From Eukaryota sp. TZLM1-RC (lineage: Eukaryota > Protista > Metamonada: BaSk clade): a stretch of 64,000 nucleotides of DNA. This document shows positions 23,030 to 34,831 of this stretch, piece after piece; within the stretch, counting starts at the first letter, position 1; every line of letters starts with the position of its first letter. Below the pieces are notes generated by a model, which saw only the letters and a program-made list of their open reading frames with translations, was not told the DNA's origin and ran no database searches. A program made the translations under genes and the position numbers. The stretch covers positions 62,001 through 126,000 of the forward strand of contig JAUPSS010000009.1 in the NCBI GenBank assembly GCA_040285825.1, given 5' to 3'.

Positions 23030-23705
23030 CGAACTCTGCCTCACCTACATCAAAACAATTAATTGCCAAAGATTCAGAAAATTTCCAAAATTAAGAGAAA
23101 TGAAGAAGAGTGAACCAGAAATTAATTTCACCGTTCCCTTAAAAATAGAAAATACAATCCTGTTTTGCTATTAAACACGATTGAAAATTCTTCCAGTTCT
23201 TTCATTTACAACTATAACAAAATCGTCAGGGAAAGCCATAGCAGTTTTAAAGATCCAAGCAAGAAAACAACAAGAGGGACATAAATTATATTGAGCATGA
23301 AAATTGGGTTTCGCGTATTCTGCAATTTTATATTGTTCACCAGCAGGAAGAGGATTATTGACATCAGAAATAATGAAATGTTCGTGAGAAGAATTACAAA
23401 GGTCAATGGACATGGAATCTAAAACAGTAGAACTACCATTTAAGCCAAGAACAACCCAATCACCTCTTGTCTGAATTCATAGAAGCTCTGATGTAGCGCG
23501 TTCTATCAATGTTGGGGTCATCAAGAATTAATTTCGACAGTAAAGGCTCTAAAAAAGAATCTACTCGATATGTTTTGCAAATTACATGAATTTGGTCCCT
23601 GACATTATTATGCACTTTGCTTCTAAATGTAATGAAATGTTTACAGTTCAAAAGATGAGTAACCAAAAAAGGTTTACCACATTTACATGTTAAATGATTG
23701 GGCAA
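23030..23705 (-). mobile_element. Decayed CRE family C-like 3' fragment
   Basis: CKC..THLLNCKHFITFRSKVH, SFLEPLL, RTGRIFNR. Confidence 0.8.
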
Positions 23706-23960
23706 ATTGATTGGTTATTATTAGTTTTACTTCTGATGATTACTATTAAGAAAAGTCCCCAGTTACTACATTTCAGGGTTTATTAAATCGCATTAGTGAG
23801 AGTTGCATAAATCATTCTTTGTGGGGTGATAATGTAATAAAAGTAGTGTTATTTAAAAGATATAGTGTTGATAAACAATAAACTTAAATAAATTTAGACA
23901 AAAAATCCGTTACCTGGATATTAAACAAAAAAAACTACAAAAAGAAATTTCTTTTTTTCA

Positions 23961-25601
23961 CTACACTAAACTATTAATCTCTGAAACCATAAAAATTTGA
24001 TTCCACGGAATGGTGTTGTTCCAAAAACTCTGTACATTTACCTTCCAATCCTTCGATGAAAACCTCAAAGCAAAAGCCGATTTTTTACTGCTCATCACTT
24101 CAGAGGTAGAAATTCCGGCTAGTATTAGTTTAATTTGGCTTTTTAATAATCTGAAAACTGCATATAGAGAGAAAAGGGCAATTAAACCTAATATAGAAGC
24201 AAAAGGCCTTGAGACCACCGCAGAAAAAATGGAATTTGAGATGGAAGACAACAGTGAATAATAAAAGTAACAACAAAAAGATAAATAAATAATGGAGAAA
24301 AATAACAATATAACAAAAAGTTTTCTGTTTCCATAACCAATACACTTTCCAATCCACAAACAATGATGATCATGCCAACTCACGCACTGCTGGCATTTGG
24401 AGCAGTGATGTGCTCTCAGAGGTTTGAATTCTGAACAAGAATAGCAATATGATGGAACGGTTTTGTGGTTGGAATATATGGAAAGGTATTGAGATTTCGC
24501 TTCTCTTGTCAAATTAACTTTCCCGGGATTGAGTGACTTGATTTTAAATAGTGAAAACAATAAAACTATTAAATTAATTAAATAAATGATGGATAAGAGA
24601 TTGGACTGTTCATAACTGCGTTGAACATAAAGATGTGAGAATATTAATAAAGAAACCAAAAAATAGAAATAAAATTTGGAATTATTGTTGGCTAATCTGG
24701 CGAGCTTTTTCTTCAAAAACTGTTGATAAACAGTCTTAGTTGGTCCTTCTAGCAGGTTTTTAACTGTGCAACCCTCATTATCACTCAGCAAAACACAATT
24801 AGGTTCCTTGTTTCTAATAATAGAATAAAAGCTAGACCGAACAACATCATTATTCAAGAGATATTCAAAAACTTCACTACTTTGATACTTACATGCAATA
24901 TGTATGGGGTATCTTCCAATATTATCCCTAACCCAGGGATTTGCTCCAAAGGATAGTAAAGTCTTAAACGTATCCAACGAACCAGAGAAAGCTGCCCAGT
25001 GCGTACAGGTGCACCCATTATTGTCCTGAGATGTAAGTGAAGCACCGTGAGATAAAAGAATGCTGACAAGAGCACGATTACCTGTCTGACAAGCTAGCAT
25101 GAGGGGAGTGAGTCCTGTTGAGGAAGGAACGTCAAGGATGGATGAGTGAATGGTGGTGATGAAAGAGACAATCTCTTGGTATGTTGAACAGGCTTGACTC
25201 ATGGCCAGTCTGTGGAAAGGGTTCAACCCGCTATTGTCAGTAAGAGTAAGATCTGCACCAGAAGACAGAAGGGCCTTTGAGGTAGCAGCATAACCATTAA
25301 ACATTGCCCAGTGAAGTGGTGTACATCCATCAACATCAACAGCATTGATATCGACATGAGCAGAAGACAATATCAAACCAACTAGAACAGGGGAGTTATT
25401 CTTGCTGGCATGATGAAGGGGGGTAAAGCCATTGTCTTGAGACCTTTGGGCAGCTGTAGAAGGTTGTTCTTGTAGTATTTTGCGAGATTCTGGAATGTTG
25501 TTTTCAGAGGCAGCAGAAAGCAGGCAAGGAACTCCTTCAGATGCAGACAAGAAGTCATCCTCGTTTATACCGGGAGTAATGTACCCAGTAACCGTATTCA
25601 T
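23961..25601 (-). CDS. Ankyrin-repeat DHHC palmitoyltransferase (Akr1/ZDHHC17-like)
   Basis: About six ankyrin repeats (G.TPLH), TM helices, C..C..KP.RAHHC..C..CV..HDHHC.W.G.CIG.GN. Confidence 0.93.
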   Translation of the reverse strand: MNTVTGYITPGINEDDFLSASEGVPCLLSAASENNIPESRKILQEQPSTAAQRSQDNGFTPLHHASKNNSPVLVGLILSSAHVDINAVDVDGCTPLHWAMFNGYAATSKALLSSGADLTLTDNSGLNPFHRLAMSQACSTYQEIVSFITTIHSSILDVPSSTGLTPLMLACQTGNRALVSILLSHGASLTSQDNNGCTCTHWAAFSGSLDTFKTLLSFGANPWVRDNIGRYPIHIACKYQSSEVFEYLLNNDVVRSSFYSIIRNKEPNCVLLSDNEGCTVKNLLEGPTKTVYQQFLKKKLARLANNNSKFYFYFLVSLLIFSHLYVQRSYEQSNLLSIIYLINLIVLLFSLFKIKSLNPGKVNLTREAKSQYLSIYSNHKTVPSYCYSCSEFKPLRAHHCSKCQQCVSWHDHHCLWIGKCIGYGNRKLFVILLFFSIIYLSFCCYFYYSLLSSISNSIFSAVVSRPFASILGLIALFSLYAVFRLLKSQIKLILAGISTSEVMSSKKSAFALRFSSKDWKVNVQSFWNNTIPWNQIFMVSEINSLV

Positions 25602-25779
25602 GTTGAAGATGTAGCCTGTAACAGTGAAATAAGTATCTCCTGTCTAATGCACAAACCCTATGTTGATATGAAAGTAATTGGTGTTCGAAAATTTTCTTTT
25701 GGAAATCTTTGGATTTGAAAGAACTACTTGAGTAAATTGAAAATAGAGCATTAATGACAACAGAAACATTTATACAAAC

Positions 25780-27129
25780 TTAGAGATCCTTACGTCCCAA
25801 ATGACAGAGATAAACATCAAGCAAATCAATATATTTAATACCACATAAATGGATTCTTCTGGCATCATCACTAATTTTAGGCTTTGGCTTTAAAACATGT
25901 TGATAAGTCCAATATTCGTGAAAAAGTTCAGGACAATCAACAAGCTTATGGTAAGCTTCCATCATTGAATCACCATTCAGATTCTCAATACCAAAGAAAG
26001 AAGAAGCTCGATACTCAAGGTTCCAGAGAGCTACTCCCTTCTCATTAGACAATGTAAGATTCATCCAATACTGTTCGTAATCTAATAAATCTCCTGTAGC
26101 TCTGTCATACTTGAACAAACGAACACCTGGATTGTTACCCAAATGACCTACTTTGGCTACGTCATGAGCCTCTACCAATATAGCAGGTGCAGCAAATACG
26201 GGAAAACTGTGTCCATTCTCATTACGCATTACTCTGAAAGAGTCTGTATGTTCATGTCCTGCTAAATAACCAATAATTAAATCAGCATTTTTCTTTAATA
26301 TATTCATTAAACGATTGTGGTGAGTGGGCCACATGTCGATAAAGAAAGGCTGAGCAGAAGAGACACCGATGGGTACATGGGTAGCAATCAATGCTCTTTT
26401 CCCTGCCTTGCGGTAAGATTGTAGCTTTGTTTCGAGGTACACAAACTGATCGAGGGGATCTTCAATGTCACCGGCTTGCTTGTCGAGAGTAAAGTAAGGA
26501 TTGGTGTTCAGTAAAAGAAAACACCAATCTACATGAGGACAAATCTCATAATACCCACCATGTAAAAACAAGGTGTCTTGTGAAGAGGGAATGTGTTGTC
26601 TGAAAAGCTCTAAAACCCTTTTATATACTGAAGATCGATCAACACCTGCCCATTGATGCGCATGAGGTTCTACATCGTGATTCTAAAGTAAGTTAACAAA
26701 ATACAAACGCCAAGAACTGGTACTAGTGGAACATCTCTAAAGTACTTGGAAACAAGATTCGTAAAGTTACGTGTAGCTTCGATCAATACATCTTCATCAT
26801 GTTTCACGTATTTCATGACCTTGAGATGTGGCATAATATCTCCCGTCCAGACAATGAAATCAGGATTTTTGAGCTTAGATTGCATGAACTGGAACGCAGA
26901 GTCTGTTAAAACACTAGGGGTGTCGCAATGGAAGCTGCCAAATCTAAGGTGATGACAGCAAGAAGTCAAACTTTCCAGCATTGCCAGAGCCTGCTTGGCA
27001 TCCAAGTTCTGGATCGGATCCTGTTTTATAAAACCATTGCGAATGAATGTCAGTGATTTGCCAAAAATAGCCTGTGTCAATGGCTGATGTAAAGATAATG
27101 AAGGAAACTAAGAACAGTTGTAGCTTCAT
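25780..27129 (-). CDS. Acid sphingomyelinase-like phosphodiesterase (SMPDL3-like); introns 26944-26971 and 26683-26708
   Basis: Signal peptide, FWQITDIH, FG..CDTP, WTGD, LGNHD (after splicing), HVP.G, GHEH.D, NNPGVR. Confidence 0.9.
26683..26708 (-). other. Spliceosomal intron, 26 nt
   Basis: gtttgtattttgttaacttactttag; removal restores LG-NHD and the reading frame. Confidence 0.85.
26944..26971 (-). other. Spliceosomal intron, 28 nt
   Basis: gtttgacttcttgctgtcatcaccttag; removal restores AGK-FGSFHCDTP. Confidence 0.85.
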
Positions 27130-27759
27130 GATTCAAGGAATCTGCTTAATAAAATGAAACCTCAAAACCAAACAAAAACATTGGCATAGACTAGACTCTA
27201 GTCACTAGAGCTCTATCTTCAATACATTTACATCATGATCTTTACATCCATTATGTAGTTTTCAAATAATTCAATGATTTAATAATTCAACCTCGATTCT
27301 AAGGCTCTAATGTTGATGACTTCAAAGGACTTCTAAGGACTGTTTGCTGTTTAATTGGCCTTAATAAAATGTGTGATGTCTTCTCTTTAGGATAGTTCAA
27401 TCTGATTGCATGAAAGTTATCCCGGTCTCCCTTTTGATGGTCTTTTTTCTGCTAATTTAACCTATAGAAAAAAATATGTTTGGTTGAGGTGTAAGAAAAA
27501 TTAGTTACACCAGTTTTAATTGATGATCGACAGTTCTTGTTGATTTGGTCCTTTGTTATAAAATTTTGAAAGAGGCTTTAAATAGATGCTGTTTATTTTT
27601 ACCGTAATTACCAATTGCAAATTACCAATTGCTAATTAGTACATAATTTGATGACGTCATCAGTTGTTGTGAATACCAGATCTATATCCAAATTTCTCTG
27701 AATTTAAAGAGTATTCCACAAAAATACTAAACAACACACTTAAAATACTATATCTAAAT

Positions 27760-28630
27760 ACCCCAAAATAGCCAAAAAAAAATTGACTGGAAGTTTATCC
27801 ATCATAAAATCGACCAAGAGATAATAAAGCAGAAGATGATGAGGGGACAACAGCTTTAAAAATTGAAAATACAATTTTGTACTGCCAAAACATTTTGTCA
27901 AAGATTCTTCTTGTACGATGTTTCACAATTTCAACAAAATCTTCCAAGAAAGATAAAGCAACTGGTCCAAGCGAGCCATGTAGGGAAAAAGCAAATGGAT
28001 AAGGGACATAATGATTCAATCAACTTTGCTCTATATTTATCAATTTTAGTTTTTTCGGCAACAGACAGAGGATTCTTGTATTTTGACTGTAGGTGTAAAT
28101 GAACCATTACACACACCAGTTGATCTCACATCAGTAATGATGGTCGTCCCTTCAAGACCTTCAAGCATAAAGTCACTTCTATTTCGACCAACAGAATTCA
28201 AAGTATTTTCATTAACCAACCGAGAGAGCAATGGTTCTTAATTTTAAACAATCCTATGTGACTTTTACATACACTGGAGTTGATTTCTAACTGCATAATC
28301 ATTTTTTGATCGGAAAATGATAAAGTGTTTACAATTAAAAAGATGACGGAGAATTTCTTGATCCACATTAACAAATCAAATTATGAGGCACGTTATCCGG
28401 CCAAATAAAACATTGAAGCCACACTGTACAAGAAAATGTGGTATCATCCAAAGGAGACCATAACTTCGAAAAATTTGAGCAATTAAACACGAAGAGGAAC
28501 TGTTTTGAGCATCTAACAGAAAATTTTTGAAAACGGGACTATCATTTTTGGCTGAGTCAAGACCAAAATTAAAATCCAAGCCTTCAAAAATTATTGTTAA
28601 CTTTTGTTGCATTTTTTCAACAAAATACAA
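27760..28630 (-). mobile_element. Decayed CRE-clade 3' fragment (family C-related)
   Basis: RSDF..ITDV, PFAFSLHGSLGP, FWQYKIVFSIFK. Confidence 0.75.
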
Positions 28631-28829
28631 GCAAAATACAACTCTTCATTTCAATCTTTTACTCATTTCATCTGCCTTCAATTCAATTGAAAATCCAACT
28701 TGAGAAGCAAGATCTACTGAAGTTGAACAAATGTTGTTAAAAGCAAAGAGTTGAATTGATTAGTATACTCTTGAAAAACAACACTTGACAAAATAAACTC
28801 ATAACTAGTGGGACGAAATTCATTGAACA

Positions 28830-30396
28830 TGTTGGCGCCTTTAGGCTTAAACAGAATAAGGGCAAAATAAATCAACTTTATGTCATGCTCTTTATGTCAC
28901 TCATCTTTATCTCAACCACTTTTGCAACCTAAGGCAACAATAATTATTGGCCGTATTAGGTTATAGGTATACCGCTTACACAACTTACAGCAATCAAACA
29001 GAGGATATCTTTAGCAGATATCATGTCAGCCTCTCTTTGCCAGGACACTGACTCTAGTCAAATTTTTTACATTGAACAGATGCAACAGTACGACAGAGAT
29101 GCTTCTAGCATACATACAACATCAGTAGGGACTGAAGAGTCGAATAAAGAAGAGGACTCGGGCTCGAGACCACCCTCCGCCCCTCCTCATGAGAAAGATA
29201 TGGAACCAGGCACGGAACATCCTCCTGCCTCTTCCATGTCCAACAAACCAGATAAGCTTTCAGGAACGGGACCACCCCCCTCCTCACCTAAGGAAAATGT
29301 TGGGTTAAGCTCAGATACTTCGTCTGCTCTAAAGGACTACGAAGAACTTCAGTCCGTCTTAGAAGAAATGGACGACGAAGAGAAAGAGCTTCGCCAACAG
29401 ATAATGAAGGACGCGGAAGCCCACCCTGAACCTACAGATTACTGTTTGTTTGAGCAGCTCCCTCCTTTATGGAAGCAAATCCAAAAGAGAGGTAGAAACG
29501 TTGGATTTCAAACACTGGAAATGAGGCTACGGGTATAGACCCCTCCTCCATCAAAACGACAACAAAAAACCGGGTTACGAGGCTTCTAGTGTAGAATCCT
29601 CCTCCCCCACTCAATGTACGAGGTTACGATTACAAACTCCACCTCCAACAATAATGAATTACAAGGGCAGATGTACGGAAGTTGCTCCCTCCCCCCCCCT
29701 CCTTTTTAAAAAAAAGTCAAGGTTAAGTAATGGGATACAGGTACAGTCATCGAGCTCACCTTTTCCAGCGAATGGGAACGACGATGTATTTTAACCCTCC
29801 CACTTTAACAATTTTTGTAGACAGGCAGTACTTTAACAACAAATGATGCCTCTTTCAGATTTTTGAACTTTGTTACTTTGTTTACCGTTGTTTTCAGTCC
29901 ATCATAGACCCTGCATATTTATTAGCAAATCCATTATTCGATTCCATAATAACTTTACTAAACGACACTACCACGTTACTCGTCTACGAAAAAAGGAAAA
30001 AGCAGAACGTCATTATGTAACGACTAAAGCTAATACAACAAAGTATTCAAACACATCGATCTTGGAACCATTTCTTTTACGTTATTGCTCACTCCTTTAT
30101 TCTACATTATTGTTAAAGGGATATAATACATCAACTATCAAGAAGTAAGACCCGTGTTTTTGTGAATCCAGTGCGAAAATAATAGTAGACATTAGGAAAC
30201 ATTAGAATTTAGTTATTAGTATTTTGTATATTTATAGTTTAGTTATCAGTTTAAAGTAAATTAATTTTGTAAAAGGGAAGAAGTAGTGTTGGCGCCTTTA
30301 GGCTTAAACAGAATAAGGGCAAAATAAATCAACTTTATGTCATGCACTTTATGTCAATCATCTTTATCTCAACCACTTTTGCATCCTAAGGCAACA
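28830..30396 (+). mobile_element. Non-autonomous LTR retroelement (TRIM-like), 1567 bp, 110-bp LTRs, 4-bp TSD AACA
   Basis: LTRs at 28830-28939 and 30287-30396 (TG..CA, 3 mismatches). PPT aaaagggaagaagtag at 30271-30286. AACA at 28826-28829 and 30397-30400. No pol. Confidence 0.9.
29023..29538 (+). CDS. 171-aa S/P/E-rich ORF inside the TRIM (possible gag N-terminal relic)
   Basis: Starts 83 bp after the 5' LTR. Composition resembles the N-terminus of the Ty3 Gag at 59606; no motif recognised. Confidence 0.4.
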   Translation: MSASLCQDTDSSQIFYIEQMQQYDRDASSIHTTSVGTEESNKEEDSGSRPPSAPPHEKDMEPGTEHPPASSMSNKPDKLSGTGPPPSSPKENVGLSSDTSSALKDYEELQSVLEEMDDEEKELRQQIMKDAEAHPEPTDYCLFEQLPPLWKQIQKRGRNVGFQTLEMRLRV

Positions 30397-31916
30397 AACA
30401 AAGATTTCCTCTTCAAAATCTTGATCTGCTTGATATCTAGCTAAAGCCTCTCTAATTCGATTGAAAAACGGAGGCAATCTACTATTAATGGCAAATTGAA
30501 TTCGAGAGCACCATAAAAAGAAATCAAATCTTTTCATTGTTTTTTTTTTGAACCATTATTTGGAAATCATTCAACAAAGTTGCTGCTTCCACTGACAGCC
30601 TTCCATTTATCGAAAATTGGAAAGCAATAAAAACAAGTGGTCTATTTCTATCAGCATTAGCTTCCTCGATATCTTTGGTATATTTTCTATGTTTTTCTTT
30701 AGCTTTAAATTCAAGAGCACTTACAGGATTAAATTTTCTTTTTTGAACCAAAGTGTCCTTTGCAATATTACAGGAGGCAAAGTCAACAACAGCTGCAGAG
30801 TTCTCATTCCAATCACAGTATACATCACCCCTGTCATCAGAACCAAAATTATTCAATGATTATGTTTCTTTCAGCAGAGGTTCTTTGATACACGATATTC
30901 TTACAGTTTGTGCCATATTGAAAACAGTGTCTCTAACAGCATCATGTAATGAAGAACGATAGCTTATCAATTTAGAACAATTCAGAGCATTGTGCAAAGT
31001 GAGTTGAGGTGAATTCGAACAAGAACATTTTTCTTTTAATCAAAATTGATTAATGGGAATATTCAAATATAATCTCATTTTTGTTAAAAACGCTTCATTA
31101 TTAGCACACAGTCCAATTTTCGTGGCACAATGGTCACAAAGAGCGAAGAATCTGATGACTGATTTTCACAAACAGCCTTTTCCAATAACAATGAGTGATG
31201 ATCTCTATTTAAAACAGCCGAGCTGCATATATTTTTATAAGGATCATTTTCATACATTCCAGTCTGTCGTTTCTGTAATGTTCGAAGAGTGTGTTTTAAA
31301 TTTAAAAAATTCTTTTCAGGAATATTACCATTGAATGATTGGGGACAGCATCGACTCCATTTTTCTACATCAATTTTTGATATTTCTTCATTCAATGCAA
31401 AAATAATGGAACTTTGTGTTGTCATTAATAAATCTTCCCAATCAGCAAATCTTTCAGAAAACTCAAAATCTCGAGATGCAGTTTTTTCTCTTTGTTTCAA
31501 TCAAAAATTTTGAAATGTTGTTCCTGTAAGAGAAATGAGAAGAAAATTCCGTTGATCGATAGAACAATTAGTTTGATGTAACTCTTATGCAAAGAATGAA
31601 CCAAAATTGGAAAAATATTGATTGGAAATATTGTTTTTTTTAACTGAACTATATACAATAAGCAGAAAAGAACACCAACAGAGCAACTATTGCTGGCACC
31701 TTCTGGTGGAGCAACTAGAATGATTGTATTGCTAGAAACAACAGATGAAAAGTCAAGCTGTCGACGTTCAGATGAATCAGGGGTTATGTTATCAGATGAC
31801 ATTTGATTGTGAGAGTGTGAGGAAAATGTGTGAGGAAAATGTGAAGTGTATTTCGAGTGAAATTGACAGATCAAGTTTAATTATCCTCAGAAAGTTATTG
31901 CTCAATTCAATTCAAA

Positions 31917-32318
31917 CTTAATTCTGAAATTCATAATCCCCTTTCAAATGCTGAAAATTTTAAATTCAAAAAATACAATGAACCTTTGTCCAAATTGGCC
32001 AGTCTACAGCATGCAAAATACAATTTGTATCCATTTGTATTTTCCCTTTTTGGTTCACTTGCACCAACTGCTTTACGTTTTTTGGATGATTTTGAAATGA
32101 TTGTAAAGAGAAGAACTGGCAGAAATTTCAACAGATTGTTTTGGCAAAATAGAATTGTGTTTTCTATTTTTAAAGGGATGTTGAAGATGGTTTCTGATGC
32201 TTTGCTTTCTCTTGGATCTCACTATGAGAGAGTTGCATCTAGTGTTTTTGTTTTGGGAGAGATGGATTTTTTAGATGTTGATTTATAGGTTTAGAATAAA
32301 AAGGTTTCGCTTAAAAAA
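31917..32318 (+). mobile_element. CRE family C short 3' copy with poly(A) and 11-13 bp TSD (aa)TTCAATTCAAA
   Basis: Near-identical to 12365-12745. TSD at 31904-31916 and 32319-32331. Confidence 0.88.
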
Positions 32319-32391
32319 AATTCAATTCAAATTGGTGAAACTATTTTTCTATTCAATGTTTGTTTATTATCATGGACAGAAACGGAAATAA

Positions 32392-33309
32392 TTACAACAC
32401 TCGTTGAACTATTGAGCCTGTAAGTGATACTCCATATCTTTCTACAAACGCAGCCTTTTCACGAAAACCCTGATCACATAGCTGCACTCCACTGTTATGA
32501 GAAAGGAACGATCGTACGTTATTGGCAAATAACTGAGGATCTTCCTTCTCTTCATCTGATGGAGAATATGTATCAAAAAACTCAACTTCTGCCTTGCTCC
32601 AGGGTTGGCAGAGCATTATCCAGATGGAGAACCAAAGAGGAGCACCCTCACCAACAGGCTTAATCTCACAGGGATAACGAATCATTATGGGTTGCACATC
32701 TTGCCCAGAAACAAAAGCTCCTTTCTGAAACTTGCAGATGAACAGACCATTTGATGTCCCGCCCTCAGGAAAAATAATTAGGGGTGGTAGCTTACAATCA
32801 AGCACCCGTTCTTTGATCTTTTCCAATGCTCTATCTCTTTCTTCTCTAGACGCTCTATCTATGAACAAACACAACCAGGACTTTGCAACAGGTGAAACTA
32901 ATGGAATCACCTTTACATCGTTTTTTGCAATAAAACTTGGAAATAATTTTGAAGCTAAGATAAGTGTGTCGATCCATGAACTATGATTTGAGACAAATAC
33001 TCTGACATCAGTGGGTCGTGGTTTACCCTTAACCTTGATTGACACAAACCCTGCAACAAATAGTATTAAGCGTAAGTGTAGATGTGAAATTGTTTCTGTT
33101 AGTTTCTTGTATAACCAAAAATATTTTGATGAAGTCTTTCTGTGGAGAGAGATGACTTTCATCCAAGTTGCACAAGAGGTACACAGAGGTATCAGAAGTA
33201 ACACTCTTATTGGGAACAAAAAAATAAAGCCTAGCGTAGTTAGAATGATGTTTTTATATGTAAAACCAGTGTGAAGAGAGCTCCACGGGGAAGGGGACGG
33301 TGAAACCAT
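32392..33309 (-). CDS. Lysophospholipid acyltransferase (LPCAT/LPEAT family)
   Basis: NHSSWID, FIDR, IFPEGG.SNG..FQKGAF..VQP..IRYP, EKEDP..FA.NVR. ATG at 33309. Confidence 0.9.
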   Translation of the reverse strand: MVSPSPSPWSSLHTGFTYKNIILTTLGFIFLFPIRVLLLIPLCTSCATWMKVISLHRKTSSKYFWLYKKLTETISHLHLRLILFVAGFVSIKVKGKPRPTDVRVFVSNHSSWIDTLILASKLFPSFIAKNDVKVIPLVSPVAKSWLCLFIDRASREERDRALEKIKERVLDCKLPPLIIFPEGGTSNGLFICKFQKGAFVSGQDVQPIMIRYPCEIKPVGEGAPLWFSIWIMLCQPWSKAEVEFFDTYSPSDEEKEDPQLFANNVRSFLSHNSGVQLCDQGFREKAAFVERYGVSLTGSIVQRVL

Positions 33310-33587
33310 ACGCGAATAGAGAAGTTTTGTAGAACTCCTGATGCATCTACTTGGAGGATATCTAACTTGATGAAGAAGTGTACACCCCAAAAGAAGTTTC
33401 TGCCGTAAACAATATATATGAAAACAATTCCAGAAGGGTAGTTGGGGGTGGAGCTAACCTTGAACCAATTCCTTGTTTTTAAGACTGGGATGAGAACAAC
33501 AAATCAAAAAAACATCAATTTTAAGAATATTATAAGAATATTTTGAAAAAATTAGATACACACTATAATACACCAAACACACGAAAA

Positions 33588-34424
33588 CTATCTCAAAACT
33601 ACAAGATAATCAGTCTCTTTTTTCAAAAAACAAAAAGCCGGAATAAACGACTGAGTCTCCATATTGAGAGGAACTTCGCCATTTTTCAACAATGTTCCGC
33701 AATCAACACCTAATTGATTATTAATCATCGACACAACATGTCCCAAATTAGTATTACAGTCAATTATTATTTCCCCTAAACAAACTTTCTCCTTTGATTT
33801 ATTTAAATAACCATAAACCCTTATTCCAATAGTTTCTTCAATCAAATATTTGGCAGAAAGATTGGAAGTTTCAACTTGTGGTTCCTGTACTGTTTCCTTC
33901 TTCTCTCTCAACTTCTGGGTATTACCTGGAGTCTCTGGGCGGCGGGAATTCCGTGAAGAGGGTCGGGTAGATGAGCGAGGGGTGGAAGGTCTACTTTGAC
34001 TGGGTGAGGATCTGCTCTTTTCAGTCCGTTCCTTTTCCTTCTGCCTCTTCTCCAGACATGCATTCTCATGGGCATGAATTCTGGAAGGAAGAAAGGTTCT
34101 GTCACAATGTCTACACTTGATGTAAGATTCCTTCACACGATCGTACATTGCGTTAGATCTAGTAAGATTGGTGGTACCAGGGGATTCAGTGTGTTGTTGT
34201 TGGGACTTAGAGGTTCGAAGAGGAGAAGAACTAACACTGTCATCCAGCGAAAAGGATTGTTGAAGATCCTCCAAGGCATCGTTTAAGGCAGCTACTGATT
34301 TTGGAGAAGAAACACGGGGTGAGCTTGGAGCATCAGAAGAAGACTTGCCACAAGTTTTGATGTGAGAGAACAGCAACTCCTTGCTCACAAAGCGAGCAAA
34401 GCAATTAGGACACTCTCTTTCCAT
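33588..34424 (-). CDS. C2HC zinc-finger protein
   Basis: CPNC..F....L..H...C and CRHCDRTF....I.AH...C separated by S/P-rich linkers. ATG at 34424. Confidence 0.75.
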   Translation of the reverse strand: MERECPNCFARFVSKELLFSHIKTCGKSSSDAPSSPRVSSPKSVAALNDALEDLQQSFSLDDSVSSSPLRTSKSQQQHTESPGTTNLTRSNAMYDRVKESYIKCRHCDRTFLPSRIHAHENACLEKRQKEKERTEKSRSSPSQSRPSTPRSSTRPSSRNSRRPETPGNTQKLREKKETVQEPQVETSNLSAKYLIEETIGIRVYGYLNKSKEKVCLGEIIIDCNTNLGHVVSMINNQLGVDCGTLLKNGEVPLNMETQSFIPAFCFLKKETDYLVVLR

Positions 34425-34831
34425 GTAATCTATATGTATTGAGAAGGTTGATGAAAGGTGAAAAGTGCCAACCACTCATCCTCGTATTGTGTTGATTTAT
34501 TCCTTCATCGATGAATAACTATTTCTACTGAAAAAAAAGGTACCGTGAGCAATATTAGATTTCCTGGACTAGTTCGTCCGAACGTGTGGCAGCTATTGAT
34601 ACATTCGATTAGTTCGGCATCTCAGTTCGTTTCATTAATATCACCGATGTTTCTCTCCTCCCTTTTTTATACTATTGCACTTTATATCAACCAACAAAGA
34701 ATCATCATAAACTCGTCCCCCACTTTGACATTCTCAAAATGTTTTTGGATTTGTTTGAGAAATATCGTTCTGGGGGATATCACAGCTTGAGGAGATGGAC
34801 CACAACCATTGCCGAACCAAAGTATAGTGTA

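Larger units (their letters stand above)
28780..31468 (-). mobile_element. Decayed CRE family B copy interrupted by the LTR element at 28830-30396
   Basis: 28803-28829 and 30397-31468 rejoin into the family B 3' half (cattgaaca|aagatttcc versus cattaaaccaagatttcc at ~8467). Confidence 0.8.

Noticed and set aside
25560-25660. TVTGYI duplicated around the DHHC gene start; possible upstream exon
   Set aside because: There is an in-frame stop upstream and no intron matching the 26-31 nt consensus that yields a longer ORF.
27649-27662. Palindrome tgatgacgtcatca (ATF/CREB-like site)
   Set aside because: Single occurrence about 500 bp from the nearest start; no support for function.
31497-31874. 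125-aa minus-strand ORF between two retroelement fragments
   Set aside because: No recognisable motif and a non-ATG start; cannot be supported as a gene.
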